The position numbers and the translations under genes are program-made. A stretch of 64,000 nt of DNA from Geopsychrobacteraceae bacterium. Lineage in GTDB: Bacteria; Desulfobacterota; Desulfuromonadia; Desulfuromonadales; Geopsychrobacteraceae. Below, piece by piece: positions 46,267-55,350 of the stretch. The notes beneath the pieces were generated by a model. That model was not told the origin of the DNA. It did not search any database and saw only the letters and a program-made list of their open reading frames with translations. The first letter of the stretch is position 1. Each line of letters opens with the position of its first letter. Location of the stretch: contig CAXXTB010000002.1 in NCBI GenBank assembly GCA_963676795.2, forward strand, positions 352,001-416,000, in the 5' to 3' direction.

Positions 46267-47751
46267 ATGAACTGTCATATTCTTGCGATTGACCAGGGGA
46301 CAACCAGTACCCGGGCGATGATTTTCAGCGCTGCCGGACGTTGTGTCGTCAGGGCGCAACGTGAACTGAAGCAGATCTATCCGCGTGATGGCTGGGTTGA
46401 GCACGATCCTGAAGAGATTTGGGCCGCGACGCTGACCGTCTGCCGGGAGGCCCTCAAAGGAGCGGCTGCAGCCGGTATATCGGTGGCCGGAATCGGCATG
46501 ACCAACCAGCGCGAGACGACGCTGATCTGGAACCGTGAGACCGGCAAGCCGATCTACAATGCCATTGTCTGGCAGGATCGCCGCACCGCCGATCACTGTA
46601 GCGAACTGAAAGACCAGGGCTATGAGGCTGAGATCTGCAGGACAACCGGTCTGTTGCTCGATCCCTATTTTTCAGCAACCAAAATCTGCTGGCTGCTGGA
46701 TAATGTTGCGGGGGCCCGTCAGCTTGCCGAACGGGGTGAACTGGCCTTCGGCACGATCGACAGTTTTCTGCTCTGGAGGCTGACCAATGGGCGCAGCCAC
46801 CTGACCGATGTGACTAATGCTTCGCGGACACTGCTGATGAATCTGGAAGAGCAGCGCTGGGATGAGCGTATGCTCGAGATCTTCGAGATCCCTGCGGCCA
46901 TGCTGCCGGAAATCAGGGATTGCGCCGCTGATTTTGGTGACAGCGAGGAGGCGCTTCTCGGCGTCTCACTGCCGATTGTCGGAATCGCCGGAGATCAGCA
47001 GGCGGCGACTATCGGCCAGGCCTGTTTCGAGCCCGGCATGATCAAGGCGACATACGGAACGGGCTGCTTCGTGCTGCTCAACACCGGGGAGAAGATCTGC
47101 TACTCCGGCAACCGGCTTGTCACAACGCTTGCCTATCGACTCGGCGGTCAAAGCTGTTATGCCCTTGAGGGTTCGATCTTTGCGGCGGGTTCCGCTATCC
47201 AGTGGCTGCGTGATGGCCTGGGACTGATCCAGTCGGCGGACGAGGTTGAAGCCCTGGCCGGGCAGCTCAAGTCGAATCGTGGCGTTTACATGGTTCCGGC
47301 GTTCACTGGTCTGGGGGCTCCGTACTGGGATCCTCAGGCACGGGGGGCGCTGTTCGGGCTGACCCGTGACAGTGGCAAAGCTGAAATCGCCAGGGCGACC
47401 CTTGAGTCGATCGCCTACCAGACGAAAGATCTGATCGAGGCACTGGAGAAGGACAGCGGCAAGCGGATAGCGACGTTGCGGGTCGATGGCGGAATGACCG
47501 GCAATCGCTGGCTGATACAGTTTATTGCAAACATCCTGGGCATTCCGGTCGCCCGACCGGTGGTCGCTGAAACCACGGCCCTGGGGGCGGCATTTCTGGC
47601 GGCGTTGCGGCTGGGAGTTTACACCTCACTGGACGAGATTGCCGAAACATGGCAAGCTCAAGAGGAGTTTGTTCCGGACTACTGCGAACAGCAGCGTGAA
47701 GGGCTGTTGGCCGGTTGGCGCAAAGCCGTGGCCCGGACACTGGAGTCCTGA
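46267..47751 (+). CDS. glpK: Glycerol kinase
   Basis: AIDQGTTSTRA, TNQRET, IVWQDRRT, DPYFS, GDQQAA, KATYGTG, PAFTGLGAPYWD. Confidence 0.96.
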   Translation: MNCHILAIDQGTTSTRAMIFSAAGRCVVRAQRELKQIYPRDGWVEHDPEEIWAATLTVCREALKGAAAAGISVAGIGMTNQRETTLIWNRETGKPIYNAIVWQDRRTADHCSELKDQGYEAEICRTTGLLLDPYFSATKICWLLDNVAGARQLAERGELAFGTIDSFLLWRLTNGRSHLTDVTNASRTLLMNLEEQRWDERMLEIFEIPAAMLPEIRDCAADFGDSEEALLGVSLPIVGIAGDQQAATIGQACFEPGMIKATYGTGCFVLLNTGEKICYSGNRLVTTLAYRLGGQSCYALEGSIFAAGSAIQWLRDGLGLIQSADEVEALAGQLKSNRGVYMVPAFTGLGAPYWDPQARGALFGLTRDSGKAEIARATLESIAYQTKDLIEALEKDSGKRIATLRVDGGMTGNRWLIQFIANILGIPVARPVVAETTALGAAFLAALRLGVYTSLDEIAETWQAQEEFVPDYCEQQREGLLAGWRKAVARTLES

Positions 47752-47759
47752 GCTTTCAG

Positions 47760-47803
47760 CCTTCTCCATGAGGGAGAAGGTGCCCGCAGGGCGGATGAGG
47801 GGG
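47760..47803. repeat. REP-like palindromic intergenic element
   Basis: CCTTCTCC-ATGAG-GGAGAAGG hairpin followed by TGCCCGCAGGGCGGATGAGGGG. Single copy here; resembles short dispersed palindromic repeats. Confidence 0.4.
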
Positions 47804-47899
47804 ACTCTCCCTCAGAGCGCCGGGATGTTTTTGCCTTTCTAGGGCTTTCAGTTTGCTCGACCTATGCACTTTCAGTGCATAGTGGTTTAGGAGGGATTC

Positions 47900-48508
47900 T
47901 TGATTCTTGGTCTGACCGGAAATATCGCTTCCGGTAAAAGTACGATTGCCGCTGAGCTGCGCAAAAGAGGAGCCGTTATCATCGATGCCGATCAGCTGGC
48001 CCGCCAGGTTGTTGAACCCGGGAATCCAACCCTGGAAAAAATTGCCGAGGTCTTCGGATCGCAGGTGCTGACCACCGCCGGGGGGCTTGATCGCGACCTG
48101 TTGGGGAGCCTGATCTTTGCCGATGAAAGCAAGCGCAACCAGCTCAATGCGATTATCCATCCGGCGATTGCGGCGCTGGCCGATGCGCAAATGCGAGAGC
48201 TTGCCGGGCGCCGGGATATCCCGCTGCTGGTTTACGAAGCCCCGCTGCTGTACGAGGTCGGCGCTGATGCAAGGGTCGACAGGGTGCTGCTGATCAGGGT
48301 CGATCCCCAGGTTCAGTTACAGCGCCTGATGAGCCGTAACGGCTTTTCTGAACTGGAGGCGCGACAGCGGATCGCGTCCCAGATGGATCAGTCAGAAAAG
48401 GAGCGGCGGGCCGATTTTGTCATCGACAATTCCGGCTCGCTGGAGCTGACCCTGGAGCAGGTTGATCAGTTCTGGAGTCGCTGGGTTGCATCAGGCGGTG
48501 AAAAATGA
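47900..48508 (+). CDS. coaE: Dephospho-CoA kinase
   Basis: GLTGNIASGKST, IDADQLARQVV, LNAIIHP, EAPLLYE, RIASQM, VIDNSG. Confidence 0.95.
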   Translation: MILGLTGNIASGKSTIAAELRKRGAVIIDADQLARQVVEPGNPTLEKIAEVFGSQVLTTAGGLDRDLLGSLIFADESKRNQLNAIIHPAIAALADAQMRELAGRRDIPLLVYEAPLLYEVGADARVDRVLLIRVDPQVQLQRLMSRNGFSELEARQRIASQMDQSEKERRADFVIDNSGSLELTLEQVDQFWSRWVASGGEK

Positions 48509-48540
48509 GTGGTGATTTTTGTTCGGTCTGTTCAAATAAC

Positions 48541-48570
48541 AAAGGCTTTCCCTTGCGAGGAAAGCCTTTT
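48541..48570. terminator. Bidirectional terminator
   Basis: AAAGGCTTTCC / GGAAAGCCTTT between convergent coaE and IclR genes. Confidence 0.8.
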
Positions 48571-48596
48571 GCTTTAGATTCATTCAATTGTCTGGA

Positions 48597-49379
48597 TCAG
48601 AGTGGAAAGCCGAGGCGGGTCGAAAGCTCTGTCGCGGCTTTCTGAACCAGCGGCATCAGTTCTTTTTCGATCCGTTCATCGCTGACGCGCATGGTCGGCC
48701 CGGAGGTGCTGATCGCTCCGACGATCCGCCGGGTGTAATCGCGGATCGGCGCTGCGACGCAGCGGACGCCGAGGTCGAGTTCTTCGTCGTCGATGGCATA
48801 GCCCTGCTCACGGACCTTCACAAGTTCCTTCTTGAGGTCCTCGGCGCATTTGATCGTGCTCGGTGTGTACTGATCGAAGCTCAGTTTGGCGATAACTGCG
48901 TCGAGTTCTTCTTCCGACATGTAAGCCAGGTGAACCTTGCCACTCGCTGTTGCGTAAGCCGGCAGACGCGAACCGACGCGGGAAACGACACGGACGGTCA
49001 GGTTGGTTTCAACGACATCCAGATAGACGACGTGGTTTTCCTTGTAAATGGCCACATAGGATGTTTCGTTACAGTCTTCAACCATCTGTTCAAGGATCGG
49101 CTTGGCCTGACGTAGCAGACCCATCTGCTTGATGAAGGTCTGCCCCAGCTCAAGCGATTTCAGGCCGAGTCGGTAGTTTTCTGTCGCCCTATTCTGCTCG
49201 ATGTAGCCGCGCGATTCAAGCGTCGCCAGCAGGCGAAAGACATTGTTTTTATGTAATTTCAGGCGTTTGCTGAGTTCTGTGACTCCCAGCTCATCGACGT
49301 CATCGTGGAACTGCTCAAGCAGGTCAAGGGCGTGCGAAACCGCCTGGATGATATATTCTGATTTGTCTTTTTTGACCAT
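48597..49379 (-). CDS. IclR-family transcriptional regulator
   Basis: LGVTELSKRLKLHKNNVFRLLATL, YRLG, LPAYATASGK, GYAIDDEE, GVRCVAAP. Confidence 0.93.
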   Translation of the reverse strand: MVKKDKSEYIIQAVSHALDLLEQFHDDVDELGVTELSKRLKLHKNNVFRLLATLESRGYIEQNRATENYRLGLKSLELGQTFIKQMGLLRQAKPILEQMVEDCNETSYVAIYKENHVVYLDVVETNLTVRVVSRVGSRLPAYATASGKVHLAYMSEEELDAVIAKLSFDQYTPSTIKCAEDLKKELVKVREQGYAIDDEELDLGVRCVAAPIRDYTRRIVGAISTSGPTMRVSDERIEKELMPLVQKAATELSTRLGFPL

Positions 49380-49548
49380 GTGATATCTACCCTTCGCGAT
49401 TGTTTACTAGGACGGAGATTCTATCCGTCGAAAATATGGGTGTCAAGAAGTATAGGATGACTCCGGTCGCATAACAGGGGAAAGTCGCTATGAATTGTAG
49501 AATGATGTTTTATTTTTGTCCAGCGCGGATCAGTCGAAAAGCGCCCGG

Positions 49549-50742
49549 TCAGCCGTTTTTTATGACTTCAGCAAGAACCGCTGTCGCGTAGGATCCCTTG
49601 GGCAGGCTGAAGTTAAGCAGCAGGTCCCCATTGTCAAGACTTTCGCAGGTGACACCGCCAAGTGGCACCCTGAGGGCCCGGCGCTCGCCGGGCAGCGACA
49701 ATCCTGAGCCCAGTTTCCAGCTCTCCGTGGTCAAGCTGGTCCGCTCCAGCTCGGCCTGTTCAATCCGGCCCGCTTCCCCTTCGGCGAGCATGACCTTGGG
49801 GCCAAACAGCGGAGCTGTCGGGCTGATCTCGAACTGGTCTGCTCTGGCTTGTTCTATTTCGGCGTTTTCGACCCGGAAACAGGCGCCGTTGACATGCTTG
49901 ATAGCGATGTCTCCATCGAGCAAAGTAGAAAGGCTGTTGAGTCGCAGCCGCAGGATCGCGTTGAACAGCTCCGACTGCAGTGCGGAGAGGAACAGGCGCA
50001 GCAGGTTGCGGGGCAGTGCGTTTACAGCCTGCCGATGAGATTTTCCCGCGAGCAGCTGTTTCAGCAGTTTTTTCTCGTCGCGCATGCGCAGCGGCAGAGC
50101 ATCCATAGCCCCCTGGAGGTCTTGTGCGCGGTAGGCTGTCGCCGCAGCTTTCCAGGCCTCATTGCGGATCAGCTGCGGGTCGCCGAGCAGTTCCAGGCAG
50201 AACTCCTGGTAGTTCTGTTGGGCCAGCAGCAGGCCGAGGGTCGCGGAGTTGCCGAGCACTCCGTAGCGCTGTTCGCCGAACAGGTTGGGAACTCCTGCCT
50301 GTTCCAGGCGTCGCAGGGTTTGGCTGGCCAGGGGGAGCGCATTCACCACGGGATCGCTGATGCGGATGGTAAAACGGTTACCGGCCAGATGGCCGATGCG
50401 CAGTTTGTTGCTGTGTTTCTGGAGCGATAGAATGCTCGCCTTGTGCAGTTCGAGCCGATCGAGTTGCGCTTCGCATCTGGCCGGGATCGAAATCATCTGG
50501 CGGGTCAGGGCCCGCGCATCTTTCAATCCGGCATAGCCGATCTCATGGCCTTTGAGATGCAGCGCATCGGCGATCTGTTGCATCAGGTTGTTGGTCGTGA
50601 TGCCTGATTTCTCGATCCACAGGTAGAGATGCTCGCCCTCCCCGCAGCAGGGGTAGAGCGGAATCTCTTCGACGATGAAATGCTCCGGCTCTTCCTTGTA
50701 GGTTCCTCCGGTGCCGGGGATGTCGGCTGTCAGCCAGCTCAT
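49549..50742 (-). CDS. truD: tRNA pseudouridine(13) synthase
   Basis: FIVEE, GEGEH, YAGLKDARALTRQ, GNRF, PNLFGEQRYG, FSLPKGSYAT. Confidence 0.95.
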   Translation of the reverse strand: MSWLTADIPGTGGTYKEEPEHFIVEEIPLYPCCGEGEHLYLWIEKSGITTNNLMQQIADALHLKGHEIGYAGLKDARALTRQMISIPARCEAQLDRLELHKASILSLQKHSNKLRIGHLAGNRFTIRISDPVVNALPLASQTLRRLEQAGVPNLFGEQRYGVLGNSATLGLLLAQQNYQEFCLELLGDPQLIRNEAWKAAATAYRAQDLQGAMDALPLRMRDEKKLLKQLLAGKSHRQAVNALPRNLLRLFLSALQSELFNAILRLRLNSLSTLLDGDIAIKHVNGACFRVENAEIEQARADQFEISPTAPLFGPKVMLAEGEAGRIEQAELERTSLTTESWKLGSGLSLPGERRALRVPLGGVTCESLDNGDLLLNFSLPKGSYATAVLAEVIKNG

Positions 50743-51428
50743 TGATCGCTCCCCGGCCAGCGGATGCGGAAGCCTTTGTCGATCAGTGGCTTGGCGATCT
50801 CGACACCGGTCTTCTTGCGGTAGTGGCAGTAGTAGATCGGCTGGCCGAGGTCGAGGAAGCGGCGCATATACTTGGAGACCGGGTAGCCGTTCAGATCATG
50901 GGTATAGGGAGTTGCATGACAGTTTTCGAGACGTTCTTCCTGGTTGAGCAGCTCGCCCGCCGCTTCACCATAGTCGGCAAAGTCGGTGGTGAAGTAGAAA
51001 TCCCCTTCCGGCTGCAGGCTGTAGAGCGCCAGGTTGAGGAAGTTCTGGTTGAGCAGCCGCCGTTTGCGCTGCTTCTTTTTCGGCCAGGGATCGGGGCAGT
51101 TGATATAGATAGCCGCGAGACTGTCCCTGCCGAGATAGTGATGGAGCAGATAGCGGGCTTCCGCACGCATCATCAGGATATTGTCCAGGCCGGACTCATC
51201 GATGCGCCCACAGGTCTGCTTGCAGCCTCTGTTGAAGATATCGATGGCGATATAGTTGTGTTCAGGACGGCGCAGCGCCTGCTGAACGACAAAGTCGCCG
51301 ATCCCGCACCCGATTTCGAGGGCGAGCGGTTTGTCATTGCCGAACAGGGCATGAAAGGATCCGGCGTTCTTGAGCTTGGTCTCCGGTACGAAGGACGGAG
51401 AGGTGATCAGGGTCATTCTTTGCGACAT
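50739..51428 (-). CDS. trmB: tRNA (guanine-N7)-methyltransferase
   Basis: LEIGCGIG, INCPDPWPKKKQRKRR, FTTD. Confidence 0.92.
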   Translation of the reverse strand: MSQRMTLITSPSFVPETKLKNAGSFHALFGNDKPLALEIGCGIGDFVVQQALRRPEHNYIAIDIFNRGCKQTCGRIDESGLDNILMMRAEARYLLHHYLGRDSLAAIYINCPDPWPKKKQRKRRLLNQNFLNLALYSLQPEGDFYFTTDFADYGEAAGELLNQEERLENCHATPYTHDLNGYPVSKYMRRFLDLGQPIYYCHYRKKTGVEIAKPLIDKGFRIRWPGSDQ

Positions 51429-51434
51429 GGTTCT

Positions 51435-51791
51435 TTACTTTTCTAAGAGATACAGATATTGACCGATCATCAGACGTTGTTCGTCTGTCAGCCAGTGATA
51501 GGCCGGCATGAAGCCCGCCGGTGAATTCGTTTCGATGAGCAGTCGGTTGGCCATTTCCTGGGGGGGCATTCGGGTTCCGACCTCAGTCAGATCTGGGGCC
51601 AGGGTTGCGCCGCTGCCGTTGATAGTGTGGCACCCCTTGCAGCCCAGGCTGTTGATCAGCTGCATCGGTTGCTTGATCTGCTCCTCAGCCGCAAAGCTGC
51701 TGGCCGCAGCCAGCGGGAGCAGCACCAGTGTCAGAACTGCTGCCGAAAATAAAGCTGATCTATTCCGCCTGTTTATTGTTCTTTGCGCCAT
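51435..51791 (-). CDS. Monoheme c-type cytochrome
   Basis: Signal peptide, CKGCH, APDLTEVG, axial-Met MPAY. Start could be 51818. Confidence 0.8.
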   Translation of the reverse strand: MAQRTINRRNRSALFSAAVLTLVLLPLAAASSFAAEEQIKQPMQLINSLGCKGCHTINGSGATLAPDLTEVGTRMPPQEMANRLLIETNSPAGFMPAYHWLTDEQRLMIGQYLYLLEK

Positions 51792-51871
51792 ATCGTCAGG
51801 ACCGAAAAGAGGTTGCAATCGCTACTGGCGAAGATTAATCTGATTGGGCTGAAAAGGCCAAGGATAATTTC

Positions 51872-53026
51872 ATGGATATTCCAATTTCAAAACGTGCATT
51901 ACAGGTTGAACCCTTCCTCGCCATGGAGGTCATGGAGCGGGCCAAGGAGCTCGAAGCCGCCGGGCGTGAGATCATCTATCTCTGCCTGGGAGAGCCCGAT
52001 TTTCCGACGCCGCCGGCGATTCTGGCCGAAACAGGGCAGGCTCTGGCGGAAGGGGCAACCTCCTATACCCACTCGCTGGGACTGCTTGAATTGCGTCAGG
52101 AACTCTGCCGTCATTATCTCGACTGCTACGGCGTTGACATCTCGCCTGAGCAGGTGATCGTCTCATCGGGGACCAGTCCGCTGATGCTGCTGCTCTTCTC
52201 CATGCTGCTTGAAGAGGGGGATGAGATCCTGCTGACCGATCCCGGCTACGCCTGCTACCCAGGCTTTGTCCGCTTCTCGGGCGGGGTTCCGGTGGTTATT
52301 CCGACCGAAGCGAAGGATGGCTTTCAGCCGCGTGCCGAACATGTCCGGCCGCTGATCAGCGCACGCAGCCGGGGGGTGCTGATCAATTCGCCGTCCAACC
52401 CGGCGGGCTCGGTACTCTCCGGCGCTGAACTGGCCAAACTCGCCGAGCTGCCGGTGCCGATCATTTCCGACGAGATCTACCACGGCCTGACCTACAGCGG
52501 TGAAGAGCACTGCATCCTCGAATATACCAGCAATGCCTTTGTCCTCGGTGGCTTCTCCAAGGCCTACGCGATGACCGGCTGGCGCCTCGGCTATCTGATC
52601 GCGCCAAAACCCTGCGTCCGGGTGCTGCAGACCCTGCATCAGAACTTCCTGATCTGTGCCAATCACTTTGTCCAGCGGGCCGGTATCGCCGCTCTGCGCT
52701 ATTGCCACGATGACGTGGTGGCCATGCGTGAGGCCTACAACAAGCGCCGGATCGCCCTGGTTGAGGGGTTGCGGCAGCTTGGGTTCGGGGTTCATTTTGA
52801 ACCGCAGGGGGCCTTCTATGTCCTCGCCGATGCCCGGCATATCGATCAGAATTCACAGCGTCTGGCCCTGGATATCCTCGAAAAGACAGGTGTCGCCGTG
52901 ACCCCGGGAGCTGATTTCGGTCTGGGGGGCGAGGGGTACCTGCGTTTTTCCTATACCCGCCCCTTTGGTGAGATTCAACTGGCGCTGCAACGGATTGAAG
53001 GTTATCTCAAACAACGGGGATTTTAG
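51872..53026 (+). CDS. PLP-dependent class I/II aminotransferase (aspartate aminotransferase-like)
   Basis: LGEPDF, NSPSNPAG, SDEIY, FSKAYAMTGWRLG, GAFY, YLRFSY. Confidence 0.92.
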   Translation: MDIPISKRALQVEPFLAMEVMERAKELEAAGREIIYLCLGEPDFPTPPAILAETGQALAEGATSYTHSLGLLELRQELCRHYLDCYGVDISPEQVIVSSGTSPLMLLLFSMLLEEGDEILLTDPGYACYPGFVRFSGGVPVVIPTEAKDGFQPRAEHVRPLISARSRGVLINSPSNPAGSVLSGAELAKLAELPVPIISDEIYHGLTYSGEEHCILEYTSNAFVLGGFSKAYAMTGWRLGYLIAPKPCVRVLQTLHQNFLICANHFVQRAGIAALRYCHDDVVAMREAYNKRRIALVEGLRQLGFGVHFEPQGAFYVLADARHIDQNSQRLALDILEKTGVAVTPGADFGLGGEGYLRFSYTRPFGEIQLALQRIEGYLKQRGF

Positions 53027-53077
53027 GCTGATAAGTATCCAGTCCTGTCTGGAGACAAACGACAAGGGAGAGACCGC

Positions 53078-54097
53078 ATGCTGATCGTAATGGATCACCA
53101 CGCAAGTAGCGAGCAGATCGATGCCGTCATCGGCGCTGTTCGCAGCCTTGGCCTGACCGCCGAGCCGATACCGGGCAGCCTGCGCACCGCAATCGGTGTG
53201 CTCGGTAACCAGGGGTACGTTGACGATTCGACGATCCGTAATCTGCCGGGGGTCAAGGAGACGATCCACGTCAGCAAGCCGTACAAGATGGCCTCGCGTG
53301 ACTTTCACCCCGAGCCCTCTGTGGTCAAGGTTGGTGCTGTCCGTATCGGGGATGGTCTGCGCCCGGTGATGATGGCCGGTCCCTGCAGTGTCGAAAGTGA
53401 AGAGCAGATCCAGACTGCCGCATCCCAGGTCAAAGCGGCGGGGGCGCAGCTGCTGCGCGGCGGTGCCTTCAAGCCACGAACCGGGCCGTACAGCTTTCAG
53501 GGCTTAGGTGTCGAAGGGCTCAAAATGCTGCATCAGGCGGGGCGTGATCACGGACTGCCGGTTATCTCGGAAGTGATGCGCATCAGCCAGCTGGATGACG
53601 TCTGCCGTTATACCGATATGCTCCAGATCGGGGCGCGCAACATGCAGAATTTCGACCTGCTCAAGGAGGTCGGCCGGATCCGCAAACCGGTTCTGCTCAA
53701 GCGCGGGATGAGCGCCACTATTGAGGAGTTCCTGGCGGCGGCCGAGTATGTCCTTGCTGAAGGGAATGACCAGGTCGTTCTCTGTGAACGGGGTATCCGC
53801 ACCTTCGAGCCGGCGACGCGCAACACCCTCGACCTGTCGGTGATCCCGCTGATCCGCGAGCTGAGCCACCTGCCGATCATTGTCGACCCGAGCCACGCGA
53901 CCGGAAAACGCAACCTTGTGCCGGTCATGAGCCGTGCGGCCCTGGTCGCCGGAGCGCAGGGTCTCATGGTCGAGGTTCACCCGAACCCTGCGCTGGCGCT
54001 GTGTGACGGAGCCCAGAGTCTCGCCGGCGATGCTTTCGCCGGATTCATGGCCGAAATCGATACGCTGCTGGCTTTTCTTGGTTTTGAAATGAGCTGA
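53078..54097 (+). CDS. aroF: DAHP synthase (type I beta, N-terminal regulatory domain)
   Basis: AGPCSVES, RGGAFKPRT, QIGARNMQN, LKRG, LCERGIRT, DPSH, EVHP. Confidence 0.95.
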   Translation: MLIVMDHHASSEQIDAVIGAVRSLGLTAEPIPGSLRTAIGVLGNQGYVDDSTIRNLPGVKETIHVSKPYKMASRDFHPEPSVVKVGAVRIGDGLRPVMMAGPCSVESEEQIQTAASQVKAAGAQLLRGGAFKPRTGPYSFQGLGVEGLKMLHQAGRDHGLPVISEVMRISQLDDVCRYTDMLQIGARNMQNFDLLKEVGRIRKPVLLKRGMSATIEEFLAAAEYVLAEGNDQVVLCERGIRTFEPATRNTLDLSVIPLIRELSHLPIIVDPSHATGKRNLVPVMSRAALVAGAQGLMVEVHPNPALALCDGAQSLAGDAFAGFMAEIDTLLAFLGFEMS

Positions 54098-54303
54098 AGA
54101 ACTATCAGCCAACTGTAGATATCCTACATATCCAGTGTCGTCCGAAACCAAAATGATACCTACAGGGCCTGCCATGGTTTTGCACAATGCCTGTGTCTCT
54201 GAAACAGTCGCAGGCTTTTCTGAATTGGTGCAGGGTGGGGCTCAATCTATCGTCTGGTTGTTCTCTTCGAAAGAGCGTCGGTCCGTTTCGTTTTATATTA
54301 AAT

Positions 54304-55331
54304 TCTGGTTATCCACTTCGCTCCAGTTGAGACATTAAACTGTCACATCGTGGGTACAAACTGGCCTCATACTAAAGAGGAGGCCGGCTATGACTGAAGA
54401 TTTTCCAAGCAATGAAGTTGAATTCGACCGCAGGTTTCATTCAGAAGAATCCTGTCTGGATTATCTCCTTCAACTTCGCTGGCCAGAGGGATTTAAATGC
54501 TCCCGCTGTGGCCATGATCAATACTGGATGAGTTCCAGAGGACTTTACCTCTGTTGCCATTGCGGGCATCAACACTCGGTGACCGCAGGAACAATTTTCC
54601 ATGGAACAAGGAAGCCTCTGACGCTCTGGTTCAAGGCCCTTTGGTGGTTCTCGACCCGCAAAAACGGAATCAATGCTACGGCCCTGCAAGGCTTACTCGG
54701 GCTGAGAAGCTACCAGACTGCCTGGTGCTGGCTGCAAAAATTGCGAACCTGCACGGTTTTCCCGGATCGAACCAAGCTGTCCGGTTCCGTGGAAGTTGAT
54801 GAATGTTTTTTCGGCGGCTCACACAGCGGCAAACGTGGCCGCGGGGCTGAACATAAATGCAAGGTCGCTATTGCCGTCGAACGCAAAGGGCGTAAACTCG
54901 GCCGACTGCGCATGCAGGTCATCGAGAGCTGCAGCGCGAGTGAGCTGACGTCTTTTATCAAAACGAACATCACTTCCGGCAGCCAGATAACGACCGATGG
55001 CTGGGGAGCTTACAGCGGCCTGGAGAATGAGGGCTATTCCCATAAGGCCATTATTCAGAGCAAAACAGATGACAAAGAGAGCGTATTGCCCGGTGTTCAT
55101 CTGGTCACCTCACTGGCCAAGCGGGTCACGCTCGGCACGTTCCAGGGTCGATTTGACGCGCAGTATTTGCAGCGTTACCTGGATGAATATGTTTTTCGCT
55201 TTAACCGCCGTAGTTGCAAAGCAGTTGGTAAGCGATTTTGGCGAATTATGCAATTAGCCGCTCAGGCCACTCCGGTACCCTTGAAAAATCTGGTTCTGGA
55301 GCCGGTTACTTGAGCGAAGTGGATAACCAGA
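54304..55331 (+). mobile_element. Complete IS1595-family insertion sequence, 1028 bp
   Basis: Perfect 20-bp TIRs TCTGGTTATCCACTTCGCTC (54304-54323 / 55312-55331); 8-bp TSD TATTAAAT (54296-54303 / 55332-55339). Confidence 0.93.
54390..55313 (+). CDS. IS1595-family transposase
   Basis: RWPEGFKCSRC...CCHC zinc ribbon, TAGTIF, VEVDE, ITTDGW, YLDEYVFRFNRR. Confidence 0.93.
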   Translation: MTEDFPSNEVEFDRRFHSEESCLDYLLQLRWPEGFKCSRCGHDQYWMSSRGLYLCCHCGHQHSVTAGTIFHGTRKPLTLWFKALWWFSTRKNGINATALQGLLGLRSYQTAWCWLQKLRTCTVFPDRTKLSGSVEVDECFFGGSHSGKRGRGAEHKCKVAIAVERKGRKLGRLRMQVIESCSASELTSFIKTNITSGSQITTDGWGAYSGLENEGYSHKAIIQSKTDDKESVLPGVHLVTSLAKRVTLGTFQGRFDAQYLQRYLDEYVFRFNRRSCKAVGKRFWRIMQLAAQATPVPLKNLVLEPVT

Positions 55332-55350
55332 TATTAAATATGAAACCGAC

